Positions 1 through 10,462 of a DNA stretch of 64,000 nucleotides are shown here, one piece after another. Positions within the stretch are counted from its first letter, which is position 1. Each line of letters opens with the position of its first letter. A program made the translations under genes and the position numbers. Below the pieces are notes generated by a model. That model saw nothing but the letters and a program-made list of their open reading frames with translations. It was not told the origin of the DNA and made no database searches. The DNA is from Roseibium sp. (GTDB lineage: Bacteria > Pseudomonadota > Alphaproteobacteria > Rhizobiales > Stappiaceae): positions 956,110-1,020,109 of the forward strand of contig NZ_CP134616.1 of assembly GCF_051016195.1 (NCBI RefSeq), given 5' to 3'.

Positions 1-84
1 CTGCGCTGGTGGATAAATCCTCCAGTTGGTTACTCTGCCGGGGTCAATAGCAAATCGGCAACCACATGCAAAGGTTTCCGGCCC

Positions 85-99
85 GTTCGGAATTGGTTC
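85..99 (+). promoter_or_regulatory. Alphaproteobacterial LexA (SOS) box, GTTC-N7-GTTC
   Basis: GTTCGGAATTGGTTC at 85-99 matches the consensus exactly and lies 56 bp upstream of the ATG at 156. Confidence 0.55.
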
Positions 100-155
100 A
101 GCCTTTGGATTTATGCTCCGCCCCGACCCTTTCCGTCAGGCCTGCGGAGGCTGCC

Positions 156-968
156 ATGAACGACCCCGACCTTTGGACCCGCATAAGCACCTGCCACCCG
201 GACGACGTGGAGGCCGATTTTCCATTCTCGAAACGGCTCGCCCGCGACAACGGCTGGACGCATGACTTTGCTCTGAGCGTGATCACCGAATACCAGCGCT
301 TTGCCTATCTCAGCCGGATGAAAGCCGGAATGGTGACACCGAGCGACGAGGTCGATCAGGCCTGGCACCTGCATCTCACCTACACGCGCCACTATTGGGG
401 TGCGTTCAAGGACGCGCTCGGCGGCGCCCTGCACCATATGCCAACCAAAGGTGGGGCAAATCAGGCCGCGCTCTTCCGGGAGGCCTATGAAAAAACGCTG
501 GATCTTTACCGGACCGAGTTCGGCACGGAGCCTCCGGCCGATATATGGCCGTCCGCCGCCATCCGCTTCGGCAAGGCACCCCACTTTCAGCGGGTCAACT
601 CGAAAGATGTCTGGATTGTCTCCAAACCCGCCGTGCCCGGATGGGTTCTAAGGACCACCCGGCATCTGGGGTCCGTTCCCATGCGCGCCTATGGTGCACT
701 GCTCTTTCTATTTGCGCTGCTCTTCGGGACCGGGCTCGCCTTTGCCCATGGAGAGCCGGCCGGAGATACCATTTTTGAAAAGATGCGCAACATGGTCTGG
801 CATTGGGCGAGCGAGCATACCGCCTGGTTCGTGATCGGCATTGTCTTCCTGATCATCGCGATCCGGGCCATTCTCAGCAAGGCATCGGGAAATGCGTCGG
901 GGTGCGGCGCAGGCTGCGGCGACGGCGGCGGTGGCGGCGGCTCCGGCTGTGGAGGCTGCGGCGACTGA
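156..968 (+). CDS. Glycine-rich domain-containing membrane protein (GRDP/TIGR04222-like)
   Basis: GGAGG RBS before ATG 156; motif PS..VDQAWHLHL.YTR.Y; two hydrophobic segments; tail GCGAGCGDGGGGGGSGCGGCGD. Confidence 0.8.
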   Translation: MNDPDLWTRISTCHPDDVEADFPFSKRLARDNGWTHDFALSVITEYQRFAYLSRMKAGMVTPSDEVDQAWHLHLTYTRHYWGAFKDALGGALHHMPTKGGANQAALFREAYEKTLDLYRTEFGTEPPADIWPSAAIRFGKAPHFQRVNSKDVWIVSKPAVPGWVLRTTRHLGSVPMRAYGALLFLFALLFGTGLAFAHGEPAGDTIFEKMRNMVWHWASEHTAWFVIGIVFLIIAIRAILSKASGNASGCGAGCGDGGGGGGSGCGGCGD

Positions 969-990
969 GGAACTCCTGTATGAAGACACC

Positions 991-1617
991 ATGCAGGATA
1001 TTCCGATCAATGGCCTGACCGGCCTTTCCTATCTCCCGGGCTATTTCGACCGCACCGCCCAGGAAGCGCTGTGCGAAGAGATCCGCACGGCTGTCGCCGA
1101 AGCGCCGCTCTATCAGCCCGTGATGCCGAAGACCGGCAAACCGTTTTCGGTGAAGATGAGCAATTGCGGCCCGCTCGGCTGGGTGTCGGATATCGAGGGC
1201 TACCGTTATCAGCCCGATCATCCTGTGTCGGGACGTCCCTGGCCAGATATCCCTGTCCGGCTCAGGGCGCTCTGGCAGGACGTCGCCTCCGACGCTGCCG
1301 AGCCGGAGGCTTGCCTGATCAACTATTATGAGACAGGCGCGAAGATGGGCCTGCATCAGGACCGGGATGAAAAGACCTTCGATGCACCCGTTGTGTCGGT
1401 CTCGCTCGGCGACACGGCAACCTTCCGGGTCGGCGGCCTCAAGCGGAACGACCCGACAAAGTCCTTCCGCCTGCAATCCGGCGACGTCGTGGTTCTGGGC
1501 GGTGACGCCCGTCTGGCCTTTCACGGCATCGACAGGGTGCTCAAGGGAACATCCACACTGCTCAAGAATGGCGGGCGGATCAACCTGACACTGAGACGGG
1601 TGACACCGCCGGATTGA
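991..1617 (+). CDS. alkB: Alpha-ketoglutarate/Fe(II)-dependent dioxygenase AlkB
   Basis: CLINYY, MGLHQDRDE (HxD), FHGIDRV and RINLTLRR motifs; ATG 991 chosen inside ORF 892..1617. Confidence 0.9.
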   Translation: MQDIPINGLTGLSYLPGYFDRTAQEALCEEIRTAVAEAPLYQPVMPKTGKPFSVKMSNCGPLGWVSDIEGYRYQPDHPVSGRPWPDIPVRLRALWQDVASDAAEPEACLINYYETGAKMGLHQDRDEKTFDAPVVSVSLGDTATFRVGGLKRNDPTKSFRLQSGDVVVLGGDARLAFHGIDRVLKGTSTLLKNGGRINLTLRRVTPPD

Positions 1618-1655
1618 CGACGCGGTTCCGCCCGAAGTTGCTTGAGAGCGCCCTC

Positions 1656-3230
1656 TCAGATCGCAAGATAAGTCAGGACCAGCGCGCAGGCGGCAATGAC
1701 CCAGAGCGCGATCCGTCCGGACCGGGTATGCCGCGCCTCGGCGCGGCCGATGGCCTCGGCGGTCGCGGCATCGAACCTGAGCCCGTCCCGGGTCATGTGT
1801 TCCAGTGCCTCGGACATGTGCCCGATCCGGTCCGCAAAGATCGGCAGGTCGTTCGCGGCTCTTGTGAGCGCGGTGATCACGTCGCCCACATCGCGCAGCT
1901 TGCCGACCGGGCCCAGATTTTCCTTGATCCAGTTGCCGACGACCGGCTCGGCCGTGCGCCACATGTCGAGATTCGGATTGAGCGAGCGGGCGACCCCTTC
2001 GACCACGACCATGGTCTTCTGCAGCATGATCAGCTGGGTCTGGGTGCGCATTTCGAAGAGCTCGGTGACCTCGAACAGCTGCGTCAGCAGCCGCGCCATG
2101 GAAATCTCACTGGCGTCATGACCGTGAATGGGCTCGCCAATCGCCCGGATCGCCTGGGCGAACATGTCGACATCCTGATTGGACGGGACATAACCTGCCT
2201 CGAAGTGCACTTCCGCGACGCGCCTGTAGTCGCGGGTGATGAAGCCGAACAGGATCTCGGCCAGAAACCTGCGCTCCCGCTTGTTCAAGCGGCCGGTGAT
2301 GCCGAAATCGACGGCGACCAGCGTGCCGTCCTCCTGAACGAACAGGTTCCCCTGGTGCATGTCCGCATGAAAGAAGCCGTCGCGCAGCGTATGGCGCAGG
2401 AAACTCTGGATCACGGCAGCACCCAGCGCCTCCAGGTCGTGACCGTCCTCGATCAGGCCTTCGACGTCCGACATCTTGCGGCCATCGATCCATTCCATGG
2501 TCAGGACGCCCTTGGCGGTATGCAGCCATTCCACGGCGGGAACGCGAAAACCCGGATCCTCCGCCGTGTTTTCCGCCATTTCCGACAAGGCTGCCGCTTC
2601 CAGGCGGAAATCCATCTCGATGGCGACCGACTGGGCGAGCGTGTCGACAATGGCAACGGGACGCAAGCGGCGCGAGGGCGCATGGAACCGTTCGGCGAGA
2701 CGGGCAACCAGATAGTAGCTTTCCAGATCGCGCTGGAACCGGCGCGAAACGCCGGGCCGCAAGACCTTGACCGCGACCTTCTTCTCCGTGCCGTCGTCCC
2801 GGCGGATGATTGCCGGGTGTACCTGGGCGATGGAGGCGGCCGCGACCGCTTCGCCGAACTCGGCAAAGATCTCATCGACCGGACGCCCGAGCTGTTCGGC
2901 TACGGCCGCCCGGGCATCGTTATGATCGAAGGCCGGCAGCCGGTCCTGCAGTGCAGACAGCTCCCGCGCCGCGTCCTTGCCGACGACGTCTGCCCGGGTC
3001 GCGAGGAACTGCCCCAGCTTCACATAAGACGGACCCAGTTTGTTCAGAGCGTCCGACAGGCGAAGCTCGGCACTCTTGTCCTTGACGGCGCGCCGTTCAA
3101 GCAAACGTGCAAGCGCAATTCCGAGCCGCGGTCCGGGCGGCAGATCCGGCAGGGAGACCAGGCCGAACACACCCTCGCGCGCCATTACGAACCCGGCCCG
3201 CACGAGGCGGAAGAAAGGCATCACCGCCAT
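1656..3230 (-). CDS. ubiB: 2-polyprenylphenol 6-hydroxylase / ubiquinone biosynthesis kinase-like UbiB
   Basis: GPSYVKLGQFLATR, AAASIAQVH, VAVKVLRP, FFHADMHQGN, VDFG; directly downstream of ubiE. Confidence 0.95.
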   Translation of the reverse strand: MAVMPFFRLVRAGFVMAREGVFGLVSLPDLPPGPRLGIALARLLERRAVKDKSAELRLSDALNKLGPSYVKLGQFLATRADVVGKDAARELSALQDRLPAFDHNDARAAVAEQLGRPVDEIFAEFGEAVAAASIAQVHPAIIRRDDGTEKKVAVKVLRPGVSRRFQRDLESYYLVARLAERFHAPSRRLRPVAIVDTLAQSVAIEMDFRLEAAALSEMAENTAEDPGFRVPAVEWLHTAKGVLTMEWIDGRKMSDVEGLIEDGHDLEALGAAVIQSFLRHTLRDGFFHADMHQGNLFVQEDGTLVAVDFGITGRLNKRERRFLAEILFGFITRDYRRVAEVHFEAGYVPSNQDVDMFAQAIRAIGEPIHGHDASEISMARLLTQLFEVTELFEMRTQTQLIMLQKTMVVVEGVARSLNPNLDMWRTAEPVVGNWIKENLGPVGKLRDVGDVITALTRAANDLPIFADRIGHMSEALEHMTRDGLRFDAATAEAIGRAEARHTRSGRIALWVIAACALVLTYLAI

Positions 3231-3233
3231 AAG

Positions 3234-4037
3234 TCAGAATTTCCAGCCGTAATGCAGTGCCGCGATGCCGCCCGAGTAGTTCCGGAAACCGACCCGTTCG
3301 AAACCGGCATCGCGGATCATGTCCGCGAACCGTTCCTGGCTCGGGAATTTCCGGATCGACTCAACAAGGTACTGATAGGGATCGGCGTCGCCGGTCACCC
3401 ATCTGCCGATCGGCGGGATCGCGTTGAAGGAAAACGTGTCGTAAACCTTGTCGAGACCGGGCACGTCCACCTCGGAAAATTCAAGGCAGAGGAAACGCCC
3501 GCCGCGCTTCAGCACGCGGCGCGCGTCGCGCAACGCTTTGGGAATGTCCGGAACGTTGCGGATCCCGAACGCGATCGTGTAGGCGTCAAAGCTCTTGTCG
3601 GGAAAGGGCAGTTCCTCGGCGTTGCCCTGGGAGAAGGTGATCAGGTCCTCAAGACCCGCCTTCGCGGCCCGGTCGCGCCCGACGGACAGCATGGATTCGT
3701 TTATGTCGCAGACAACGGCGGTCACGGCCTCGTTCGACTTGCGCACGACACGGGTGGCGATGTCGCCGGTGCCGCCGGCCACGTCCAGCAGCCGCCACGC
3801 GGAGCGCGGTGCCTTCGGCGGCGCAAGGTAGGACACCATCGCGTCTTTCCAGACCCGGTGAAAACCGCCGGACATCAGGTCGTTCATCAGGTCGTAGCGT
3901 TCCGCGACCTTGTGAAAGACATCGTCGACCAACAGCTGCTTCCGCCCCTCTGCGACCTTGGAAAAACCGAAACTGGTCGGCATGTCCTCCGGCGCCCGGC
4001 CGGAGTTTCCCGCTTTGCCCTGAGCCTGTTGCGTCAT
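3234..4037 (-). CDS. ubiE: Ubiquinone/menaquinone C-methyltransferase UbiE
   Basis: [32 protein letters not shown]. Confidence 0.95.
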   Translation of the reverse strand: MTQQAQGKAGNSGRAPEDMPTSFGFSKVAEGRKQLLVDDVFHKVAERYDLMNDLMSGGFHRVWKDAMVSYLAPPKAPRSAWRLLDVAGGTGDIATRVVRKSNEAVTAVVCDINESMLSVGRDRAAKAGLEDLITFSQGNAEELPFPDKSFDAYTIAFGIRNVPDIPKALRDARRVLKRGGRFLCLEFSEVDVPGLDKVYDTFSFNAIPPIGRWVTGDADPYQYLVESIRKFPSQERFADMIRDAGFERVGFRNYSGGIAALHYGWKF

Positions 4038-4198
4038 GTTTGCGCCTCCTGGCGGATGCTGTCTTAAATTTGCTTCAAATCGCGCCGGACAATAGTACAA
4101 GCACCTCACAAGCGCTATCTTTCGCGGCCACGAAAAGCCATTTGCCGCAGGGCTATAGCGCGCAACAGACGCAGACACCAGTGGGGAGACATTCGCAA

Positions 4199-5092
4199 AT
4201 GCCCGAATTGCCGGAAGTCGAAACGGTCAAACGGGGTCTGGCACCCACGTTGGAAGGCGCGCAGATCCTGTCCGTCGACCAGAATCGGCCGGACCTCAGG
4301 TTCGCGTTTCCGGACGGGTTCGTGTCCCGTCTCGCCGGGCAGAACGTTTCCGCGTTGTCCCGGCGCTCAAAGTATCTGCTTGCCGATATCGACAGCGGCG
4401 ATGTCCTGGTCATGCACCTTGGAATGTCGGGCTCGTTCCGGATCGAGAATGATGTTTTGAACGAAACACCCGGATCCTTTGAACACCCGCGCAACAAGGA
4501 TCCCAAGCATGATCATGTGATCTTTCATCTTCAGACCTCCGACCGAACGCGCGCACGCATCATCTATAACGACCCGCGCCGCTTCGGTTTCATGGACCTT
4601 ATCCCGCGCCAGAGGATTGCCGATCATCCGCTCTTCCGGGACCTCGGTCTCGAACCGCTTGGCAATGATCTGAGCGGCGATGCGCTGGCAAGGCTGTTCA
4701 GGGACCGGAAAACACCGCTGAAGGCTGCCCTTCTCAATCAGAAGCTGATCGCGGGTCTTGGCAACATATATGTATGTGAGGCGCTGTGGCGCAGTGGTCT
4801 CAGTCCGCTCCGGCCCGCCGGATCCCTCGTCACGAAAACCGGCAGGGCCACCAAGAAGGCAAATCTTCTTGCAGCCAACATCCGGGAAACGCTGCATGAC
4901 GCCATCAGGGCAGGCGGATCTTCCTTGCGCGATCATGCCCAGACCGACGGGACGCTCGGGTATTTTCAGCACTCCTTTGCCGTTTACGGCCGCGAGGGCG
5001 AGCCCTGCCGGACGAACGGGTGCAAAGGTACCGTCGCCCGCGTCGTCCAGTCCAACCGTTCGACCTTCTTTTGTCCGTCCTGCCAGACCTGA
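4199..5092 (+). CDS. mutM: Formamidopyrimidine-DNA glycosylase
   Basis: N-terminal [28 protein letters not shown]-terminal Zn finger C..C...[10 protein letters not shown]. Confidence 0.97.
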   Translation: MPELPEVETVKRGLAPTLEGAQILSVDQNRPDLRFAFPDGFVSRLAGQNVSALSRRSKYLLADIDSGDVLVMHLGMSGSFRIENDVLNETPGSFEHPRNKDPKHDHVIFHLQTSDRTRARIIYNDPRRFGFMDLIPRQRIADHPLFRDLGLEPLGNDLSGDALARLFRDRKTPLKAALLNQKLIAGLGNIYVCEALWRSGLSPLRPAGSLVTKTGRATKKANLLAANIRETLHDAIRAGGSSLRDHAQTDGTLGYFQHSFAVYGREGEPCRTNGCKGTVARVVQSNRSTFFCPSCQT

Positions 5093-5206
5093 CCCACGGA
5101 AACGCCGCTGCAGCGTTCCACCTTTTGCCAACCTTGCCAGACCGGGCCCGGGTCGGTTAGGCATGTCGCGTAACACTGACAGGTGCTGGCACTGGGAGCA
5201 GGCGAA

Positions 5207-5980
5207 ATGGGATACAAGAACATTCGTGTCGAGAAGCGTGGCAAGGTCGGCCTGATCACCCTCGACAGGCCGAAGGCGTTGAATGCACTGAATTCGGAAC
5301 TCATTGCCGAACTCGGAACTGCTCTGGACGGCTTTGACGAGGACGAGCGCATCGGCTGCGTGGTCATCACGGGCTCAGAAAAAGCATTTGCCGCCGGCGC
5401 TGATATCAAGGAAATGCTGCCGCACGACTTTTCGTCTGCCTATCAGACGGACCTGATCACCCCGTTCGACCGCGTCTCGCGCAACCGCAAACCGATCATT
5501 GCGGCCGTTGCAGGATATGCTCTGGGCGGTGGATGCGAACTGGCGATGCTCTGCGATTTCATCATTGCGGCAGACACGGCCAAGTTCGGTCAGCCCGAAA
5601 TCACGCTTGGCGTGATCCCCGGCGCGGGCGGCACGCAGCGGCTCACGCGTTTCGTCGGCAAGTCCAAAGCGATGGAAATGGTGCTGACCGGACGCATGAT
5701 GGATGCCGAGGAAGCCGAACGCAGCGGTCTCGTCAGCCGGATCGTGCCGGCAGACGACCTGCTGGAAGAGGCGTTGAAAGTCGCCGAAAAGATCGCGGAG
5801 TTCTCGTTGCCCGTCGTGATGATGGCGAAAGAGAGCGTCGACCGGGCCTACGAAACGACACTTTCTGAGGGTGTGCGCTTCGAACGCCGCGTCTTTCAGG
5901 CGATGTTTGCACTGGAGGATCAGAAAGAGGGAATGACCGCGTTTTCGGAGAAGCGCGCACCCCAGTTCCGCAACAAATAA
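5207..5980 (+). CDS. Enoyl-CoA hydratase (crotonase family)
   Basis: [41 protein letters not shown]. Confidence 0.93.
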   Translation: MGYKNIRVEKRGKVGLITLDRPKALNALNSELIAELGTALDGFDEDERIGCVVITGSEKAFAAGADIKEMLPHDFSSAYQTDLITPFDRVSRNRKPIIAAVAGYALGGGCELAMLCDFIIAADTAKFGQPEITLGVIPGAGGTQRLTRFVGKSKAMEMVLTGRMMDAEEAERSGLVSRIVPADDLLEEALKVAEKIAEFSLPVVMMAKESVDRAYETTLSEGVRFERRVFQAMFALEDQKEGMTAFSEKRAPQFRNK

Positions 5981-6006
5981 TCTTGGCGGTTGCCTTGATA
6001 AAGCCG

Positions 6007-6035
6007 TTGACGGCGACACAAAGCGCGATTATAAG
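6007..6035 (+). promoter_or_regulatory. Sigma70-type promoter for rpsT
   Basis: TTGACG (6007-6012), 17-nt spacer, TATAAG (6030-6035). Confidence 0.7.
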
Positions 6036-6047
6036 CAGCGCCCAATC

Positions 6048-6077
6048 GGTGGCGGTCTTCCGCCGCCTTTGTTTTTT
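6048..6077 (+). terminator. Intrinsic terminator-like hairpin between ech and rpsT
   Basis: GGTGGCGG-TCTT-CCGCCGCC followed by TTTGTTTTTT. Confidence 0.6.
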
Positions 6078-6156
6078 GATCGGGTCTTAACGCCGATGCG
6101 CTTAGATCCCGATCGCCACCGGACACTTGTCCCAATTACCGATCAGGATTGAGCCC

Positions 6157-6423
6157 ATGGCCAACACACCATCGGCCAAGAAGGCGGCCCGTAAGATTGC
6201 CCGCCAGACGGCCACGAACAAAGCCCGCCGCAGCCGCGTGCGCACCTATCTGCGCCAGGTTGAAGAAGCCATCGCTTCCGGTGACCAGGCTGCAGCAAGC
6301 GAAGCCTTCAAGGCAGCCCAGCCCGAAATCATGCGCGCCGCTTCCAAGGGCGTCATGCACGCCAATACGGCGTCCCGGAAGGTTTCCCGGCTCAATGCGC
6401 GGATCAAGGCTCTCAGCGCTTGA
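6157..6423 (+). CDS. rpsT: 30S ribosomal protein S20
   Basis: [13 protein letters not shown]...[11 protein letters not shown]...[16 protein letters not shown]. Confidence 0.98.
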   Translation: MANTPSAKKAARKIARQTATNKARRSRVRTYLRQVEEAIASGDQAAASEAFKAAQPEIMRAASKGVMHANTASRKVSRLNARIKALSA

Positions 6424-6445
6424 ATCGCAACGTCATCAGACCGTT

Positions 6446-6478
6446 AAAAAGACCCGGCATCACTGCCGGGTTTTTTTT
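6446..6478 (+). terminator. Intrinsic (possibly bidirectional) terminator after rpsT
   Basis: AAAAAGA-CCCGGCA-TCAC-TGCCGGG-TTTTTTTT. Confidence 0.85.
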
Positions 6479-6491
6479 AGCCGTGTAATTT

Positions 6492-6636
6492 TGTGGATGA
6501 CAATCTTTTGCATTTTTCGTGTTGCCTATCGTAAATTTTACCAGCCAACATGCTGACACAGAAATTTGTTTTTAATCAATATCTTACACACATGTAGGAA
6601 TCAGAAAACTCAATCGAACCGGATTCGATACGAGTC
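6492..6636. promoter_or_regulatory. AT-rich region upstream of rhodanese/dnaA with a DnaA-box-like site, an IHF site and a GANTC cluster
   Basis: TGTGGATGA 6492-6500 (1 mismatch to the DnaA box); AATCAA-TATC-TTA 6574-6586 (IHF consensus WATCAAN4TTR); GANTC at 6598, 6622, 6632. Confidence 0.5.
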
Positions 6637-7069
6637 AATAGATCCTGTTTGAATTTTTTTTTGAAATGGCCGTTTTTAAATTGTGACAGTGTGCCCGAGA
6701 GCAAAAAGTTATTGCCGCCAAAAGCATTTGCTCCCTCGCCCACAACGGACAAAAAAACTTTGACGTTGGGGCAAAAACAAGGCTTTTCCGGAAATCGTCA
6801 AAAGTGGCTGTTGCCCCCTCTAAATCCGTCTGTATATTAGGGGCACGGCTGGCGACGAAGACCAGCACACAACGTAAAAACGGTGCTTGGAACAAACATG
6901 AATAAGTCTAAACGATGTATAGCTGAGCACGCGGTCTCCAAATCGTGGGTTGGATACATACTTGTATTCAATGCACAGGGTTCTTAGTTCATTCCCGAAC
7001 TAAATCTCCACTTCAAAATAAACGGCAATACTTTGAACTGATAGTCTTGCGCTATCTGAGGGGGCAATC

Positions 7070-7510
7070 GTGCAAAGCGTGGGTGGATACGCGGGTGATA
7101 TAACCTCGCGAGAGGCATTTGATGCGCTCGCCGAGCGGGCTGATGCGGTGCTCGTGGACGTGCGCACTCAGGCCGAGTGGTCCTTCGTCGGCGTGCCGGA
7201 TCTGCGCCCGCTCGGCAAGGAAGCAGTACTCGTTGAATGGCAGAGCTTTCCCTCTTCCGGCCCGAATCCAGAGTTTGCAAATGCAGTCTCGAGCCATGTC
7301 TCGAAAAAAGGGCTTGACCTGGACGCTCCAATCTATTTCTTGTGCCGCTCCGGTGCCCGGAGCCAGGCGGCAGCAACAGTCCTGACTCAGGCCGGGCACA
7401 CGCAGTGTTTCAACATATCAGACGGGTTCGAGGGGCCGCTGGACGCAGATCGTCATCGCGGCACACAGTCCGGGTGGAAGGCCGCCGGACTGCCCTGGAT
7501 TCAGAGTTAG
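7070..7510 (+). CDS. Single-domain rhodanese-like protein
   Basis: LVDVRT..EW, active-site loop CRSGARS, GWKAAGLPW; GTG start after a GAGGGG RBS. Confidence 0.9.
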   Translation: MQSVGGYAGDITSREAFDALAERADAVLVDVRTQAEWSFVGVPDLRPLGKEAVLVEWQSFPSSGPNPEFANAVSSHVSKKGLDLDAPIYFLCRSGARSQAAATVLTQAGHTQCFNISDGFEGPLDADRHRGTQSGWKAAGLPWIQS

Positions 7511-7663
7511 TTTCCCTTCGAAATGACAGGGAGCGGCGGCAGGCATAAAACTGCCGCCAACGATATAACCGTCCCAAAAGGGACAAAATAGCGCTGCAAA
7601 AGCAGCAAGGCGTCGAAGATCGGCTGTGGCGGACCGGTCTTCAGGAAACAGGAGGCAAATGAT

Positions 7664-9139
7664 ATGCAGGTTCAGGAGGCAGGTGGCTCCGAACATTGGA
7701 AGCGGGTCAAAAAACAACTTCGCGCCGAATTGGGCGATGATGTTTTTACCAGCTGGTTTGCGCGCGTAGACCTCGAGGAACACCAGGACGGCACGGTGCG
7801 GCTGTCTGTTCCGACCCGATTCCTAAAGCAATGGATTCAGAACAATTACAATGACCAGTTGATGGGTCTGTGGCAGCGCGAATGCGACAACGTTCATCGC
7901 ATCGAGCTGACTGTGCGCGGCGCGATCCGCCCCAGGCAGACTCCGGTCGCGCAACCCGGCCTGGCGGCTCCCAGCGGCGTCAAACCCATCAGCGCCGATG
8001 GCCGGGCAGACGCGCTCGCGGATGCTTCCCAGGTAACGCGCGCCCAGGCGGCGACGGCCGCTCTCGGACGTGGAGACACCAACACGGACAGCGCACGCGA
8101 TGTGCTGCAGGGTGCCGCGCTTGAACCGAAATACACGTTTGAAACCTTCGTTGAAGGCGAGTCGAACAATCTGGCTTTGGCTGCGGCACGTCAGGTTGCC
8201 GCCGGTGGTGCCGTTACCTTCAATCCTCTCTACCTTCACGCTGCAGTCGGACTTGGCAAAACCCACCTGATGCAGGCGGTCGCTGCGAAGGCGCGGGCAA
8301 ACGGACACAAGGTGCTCTACCTCACCGCCGAGCACTTCATGTACAAGTTCGTGGCGGCGCTGAAATCACAATCCGCACTGGCCTTCAAGGACACGCTGCG
8401 GACGATCGATCTGCTGCTCATCGACGACATGCAATTCCTGCATGGGAAGCAGGTTCAGCAGGAGTTCTGTCATACGTTGAACGCGCTTATCGACGGCGCA
8501 CGCCAGGTGATCGTGGCTGCCGACCGCGCGCCTTCCGAACTTGACACCCTCGATGACCGTGTGCGTTCGCGCCTGTCCGGCGGTCTCGTCGTCGGCATTC
8601 AGGAGCCGGATTTCACGCTTCGCCGCAACATCCTGCTTTCCCGCGTCGAAACGGCGCAAAAGTCCTACCCGCAATTCGCGGTGCCTGAGAGCGTATTGGA
8701 CTATGTCGCGCGCCACGTTGCGTCTTCCGGAAGGGATCTTGAGGGCGCACTCAACCGCCTGATCGCGCACAACCAGCTGACCAATCAGCCGATTACGCAG
8801 GAAATGGCCGAGATGACCCTGCGCGACCTGGTACGCTCCAGTGAACCGCGTCGCGTCAAGATCGAGGACATCCAGCGTGTCGTTTCCAAGCACTACAACG
8901 TCACCAAGGCGGATCTCCTGTCCGCCCGCCGGACACGCACGATCGTGCGTCCAAGGCAGATCGCAATGTATCTTGCGAAAGTGATGACCCCGCGCTCGCT
9001 TCCCGAAATCGGGCGCCGGTTCGGCAACAGGGACCACACGACGGTGCTTCACGCGGTGCGCAAGATCGAGGAACTGGCGCGTGCGGATTATGCGCTTGCC
9101 CAGGAGCTCGAGCTGCTGAAACGCATGCTGGACGCCTGA
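7664..9139 (+). CDS. dnaA: Chromosomal replication initiator DnaA
   Basis: Walker [15 protein letters not shown], domain [11 protein letters not shown]...[19 protein letters not shown]. Confidence 0.98.
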   Translation: MQVQEAGGSEHWKRVKKQLRAELGDDVFTSWFARVDLEEHQDGTVRLSVPTRFLKQWIQNNYNDQLMGLWQRECDNVHRIELTVRGAIRPRQTPVAQPGLAAPSGVKPISADGRADALADASQVTRAQAATAALGRGDTNTDSARDVLQGAALEPKYTFETFVEGESNNLALAAARQVAAGGAVTFNPLYLHAAVGLGKTHLMQAVAAKARANGHKVLYLTAEHFMYKFVAALKSQSALAFKDTLRTIDLLLIDDMQFLHGKQVQQEFCHTLNALIDGARQVIVAADRAPSELDTLDDRVRSRLSGGLVVGIQEPDFTLRRNILLSRVETAQKSYPQFAVPESVLDYVARHVASSGRDLEGALNRLIAHNQLTNQPITQEMAEMTLRDLVRSSEPRRVKIEDIQRVVSKHYNVTKADLLSARRTRTIVRPRQIAMYLAKVMTPRSLPEIGRRFGNRDHTTVLHAVRKIEELARADYALAQELELLKRMLDA

Positions 9140-9307
9140 CCGCGGCAAGGCACGATTTTCAATCGAAATTGGGGGCGTTCCGCACGGACGCCCCCTTGCT
9201 TTTGACCGCGGTTAAGGGCAGTGTCTTCCCCCGCTCCCGATAGGAGCCCAAATGTCCAGATTGGTCGGGACGCTATTCCCGACACCTCACGAGCACGGAA
9301 GAAGCGT

Positions 9308-10426
9308 ATGAAAGCGACCCTCGAGCGGACCGATCTCCTCAAGTCCCTGACGCACGTTCACCGGGTGGTCGAGCGGCGTAACACCATTCCCATCCTGTCC
9401 AACGTTCTCTTGCGCGCCGACGGAAACACGATCAACCTCAAGGCCACCGACCTGGACCTTGAAATCGTCGAATCCGTGCCGGCCATGGTTGAATTGCCCG
9501 GTGCGACGACCGTTCCTGCGCACATGTTTTACGACATCGTGCGCAAGCTGCCGGAAGGATCGCAGGTTGTCCTGGAAACCACCGGAGACAACGCCACGCT
9601 CGAGATCCGGGCGGGCCGTTCGAAATTCACTCTGCAGATGCTGCCGGAGACCGACTTCCCGGATCTGACAGCCGGCGACTTCAGCCACGGCTTCTCTCTC
9701 GGGGCCGCCGATATCCGCAAGTTGATCGACACCACGCAATTTGCGATCTCGACCGAGGAGACCCGGTACTATCTCAACGGGATCTACCTGCACACCGTGG
9801 ACGCCGCCAACGGTCAGCAGTTCCGCGCCGTGGCAACCGACGGGCACCGGCTGGCCCAGGCAGAGGTGATCGCACCGCAAGGCGCGTCCGGCATGCCCGG
9901 CATTATCGTTCCAAGGAAAACGGTTGGCGAGATCCAGAAACTGCTGGAGGACCCCGAAGCGAATGTTCAGATCGAACTTTCGGAAACCAAGATCCGGATC
10001 ACCACCGGGTCCATCGTGCTTACATCCAAGCTGATCGATGGCACGTTTCCCGATTATGGGCGGGTCATCCCGCAAAACAACGACAAGGAGATGCGGGTCG
10101 ACAGGGACGAATTCAAGGAAGCCGTCGATCGTGTCTCGACGATTTCCTCAGAGCGCGGACGCGCGGTCAAACTGTCGCTCGACGAAGGCCGGATGGTCCT
10201 CACGGTCAACAACCCGGACTCGGGCAGCGCGACAGAGGAAGTGGCGGTTGAATATGATGCAGAGCCGCTCGAAATCGGCTTCAATTCCCGCTATCTGCTC
10301 GACATCGCAAATCAGCTTGGCAGCGACACCGCCCTGTTTCGCCTTGCCGATTCCGGGTCGCCGACGCTGATTCAGGACAACACGGTCGAAGACTGCCTGT
10401 TCGTCCTCATGCCCATGCGCGTCTGA
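9308..10426 (+). CDS. dnaN: DNA polymerase III beta sliding clamp
   Basis: RRNTIPILSNVLL, ISTEETRYYLNG, VATDGHRLA, C-terminal LMPMRV. Confidence 0.98.
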   Translation: MKATLERTDLLKSLTHVHRVVERRNTIPILSNVLLRADGNTINLKATDLDLEIVESVPAMVELPGATTVPAHMFYDIVRKLPEGSQVVLETTGDNATLEIRAGRSKFTLQMLPETDFPDLTAGDFSHGFSLGAADIRKLIDTTQFAISTEETRYYLNGIYLHTVDAANGQQFRAVATDGHRLAQAEVIAPQGASGMPGIIVPRKTVGEIQKLLEDPEANVQIELSETKIRITTGSIVLTSKLIDGTFPDYGRVIPQNNDKEMRVDRDEFKEAVDRVSTISSERGRAVKLSLDEGRMVLTVNNPDSGSATEEVAVEYDAEPLEIGFNSRYLLDIANQLGSDTALFRLADSGSPTLIQDNTVEDCLFVLMPMRV

Positions 10427-10462
10427 CCTCGGGTCGGCGGGCGCTGAAGCGGAAGCAGGCCG

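Noticed and set aside
8-16. GGTGGATAA DnaA-box-like 9-mer
   Set aside because: Isolated one-mismatch site, expected by chance
1614-4067. 817-aa plus-strand ORF
   Set aside because: Antisense shadow of ubiB/ubiE with no recognisable motifs. The same applies to 11762..13312, 57827..59083, 61090..63189 and most other overlapping track ORFs in this high-GC DNA.
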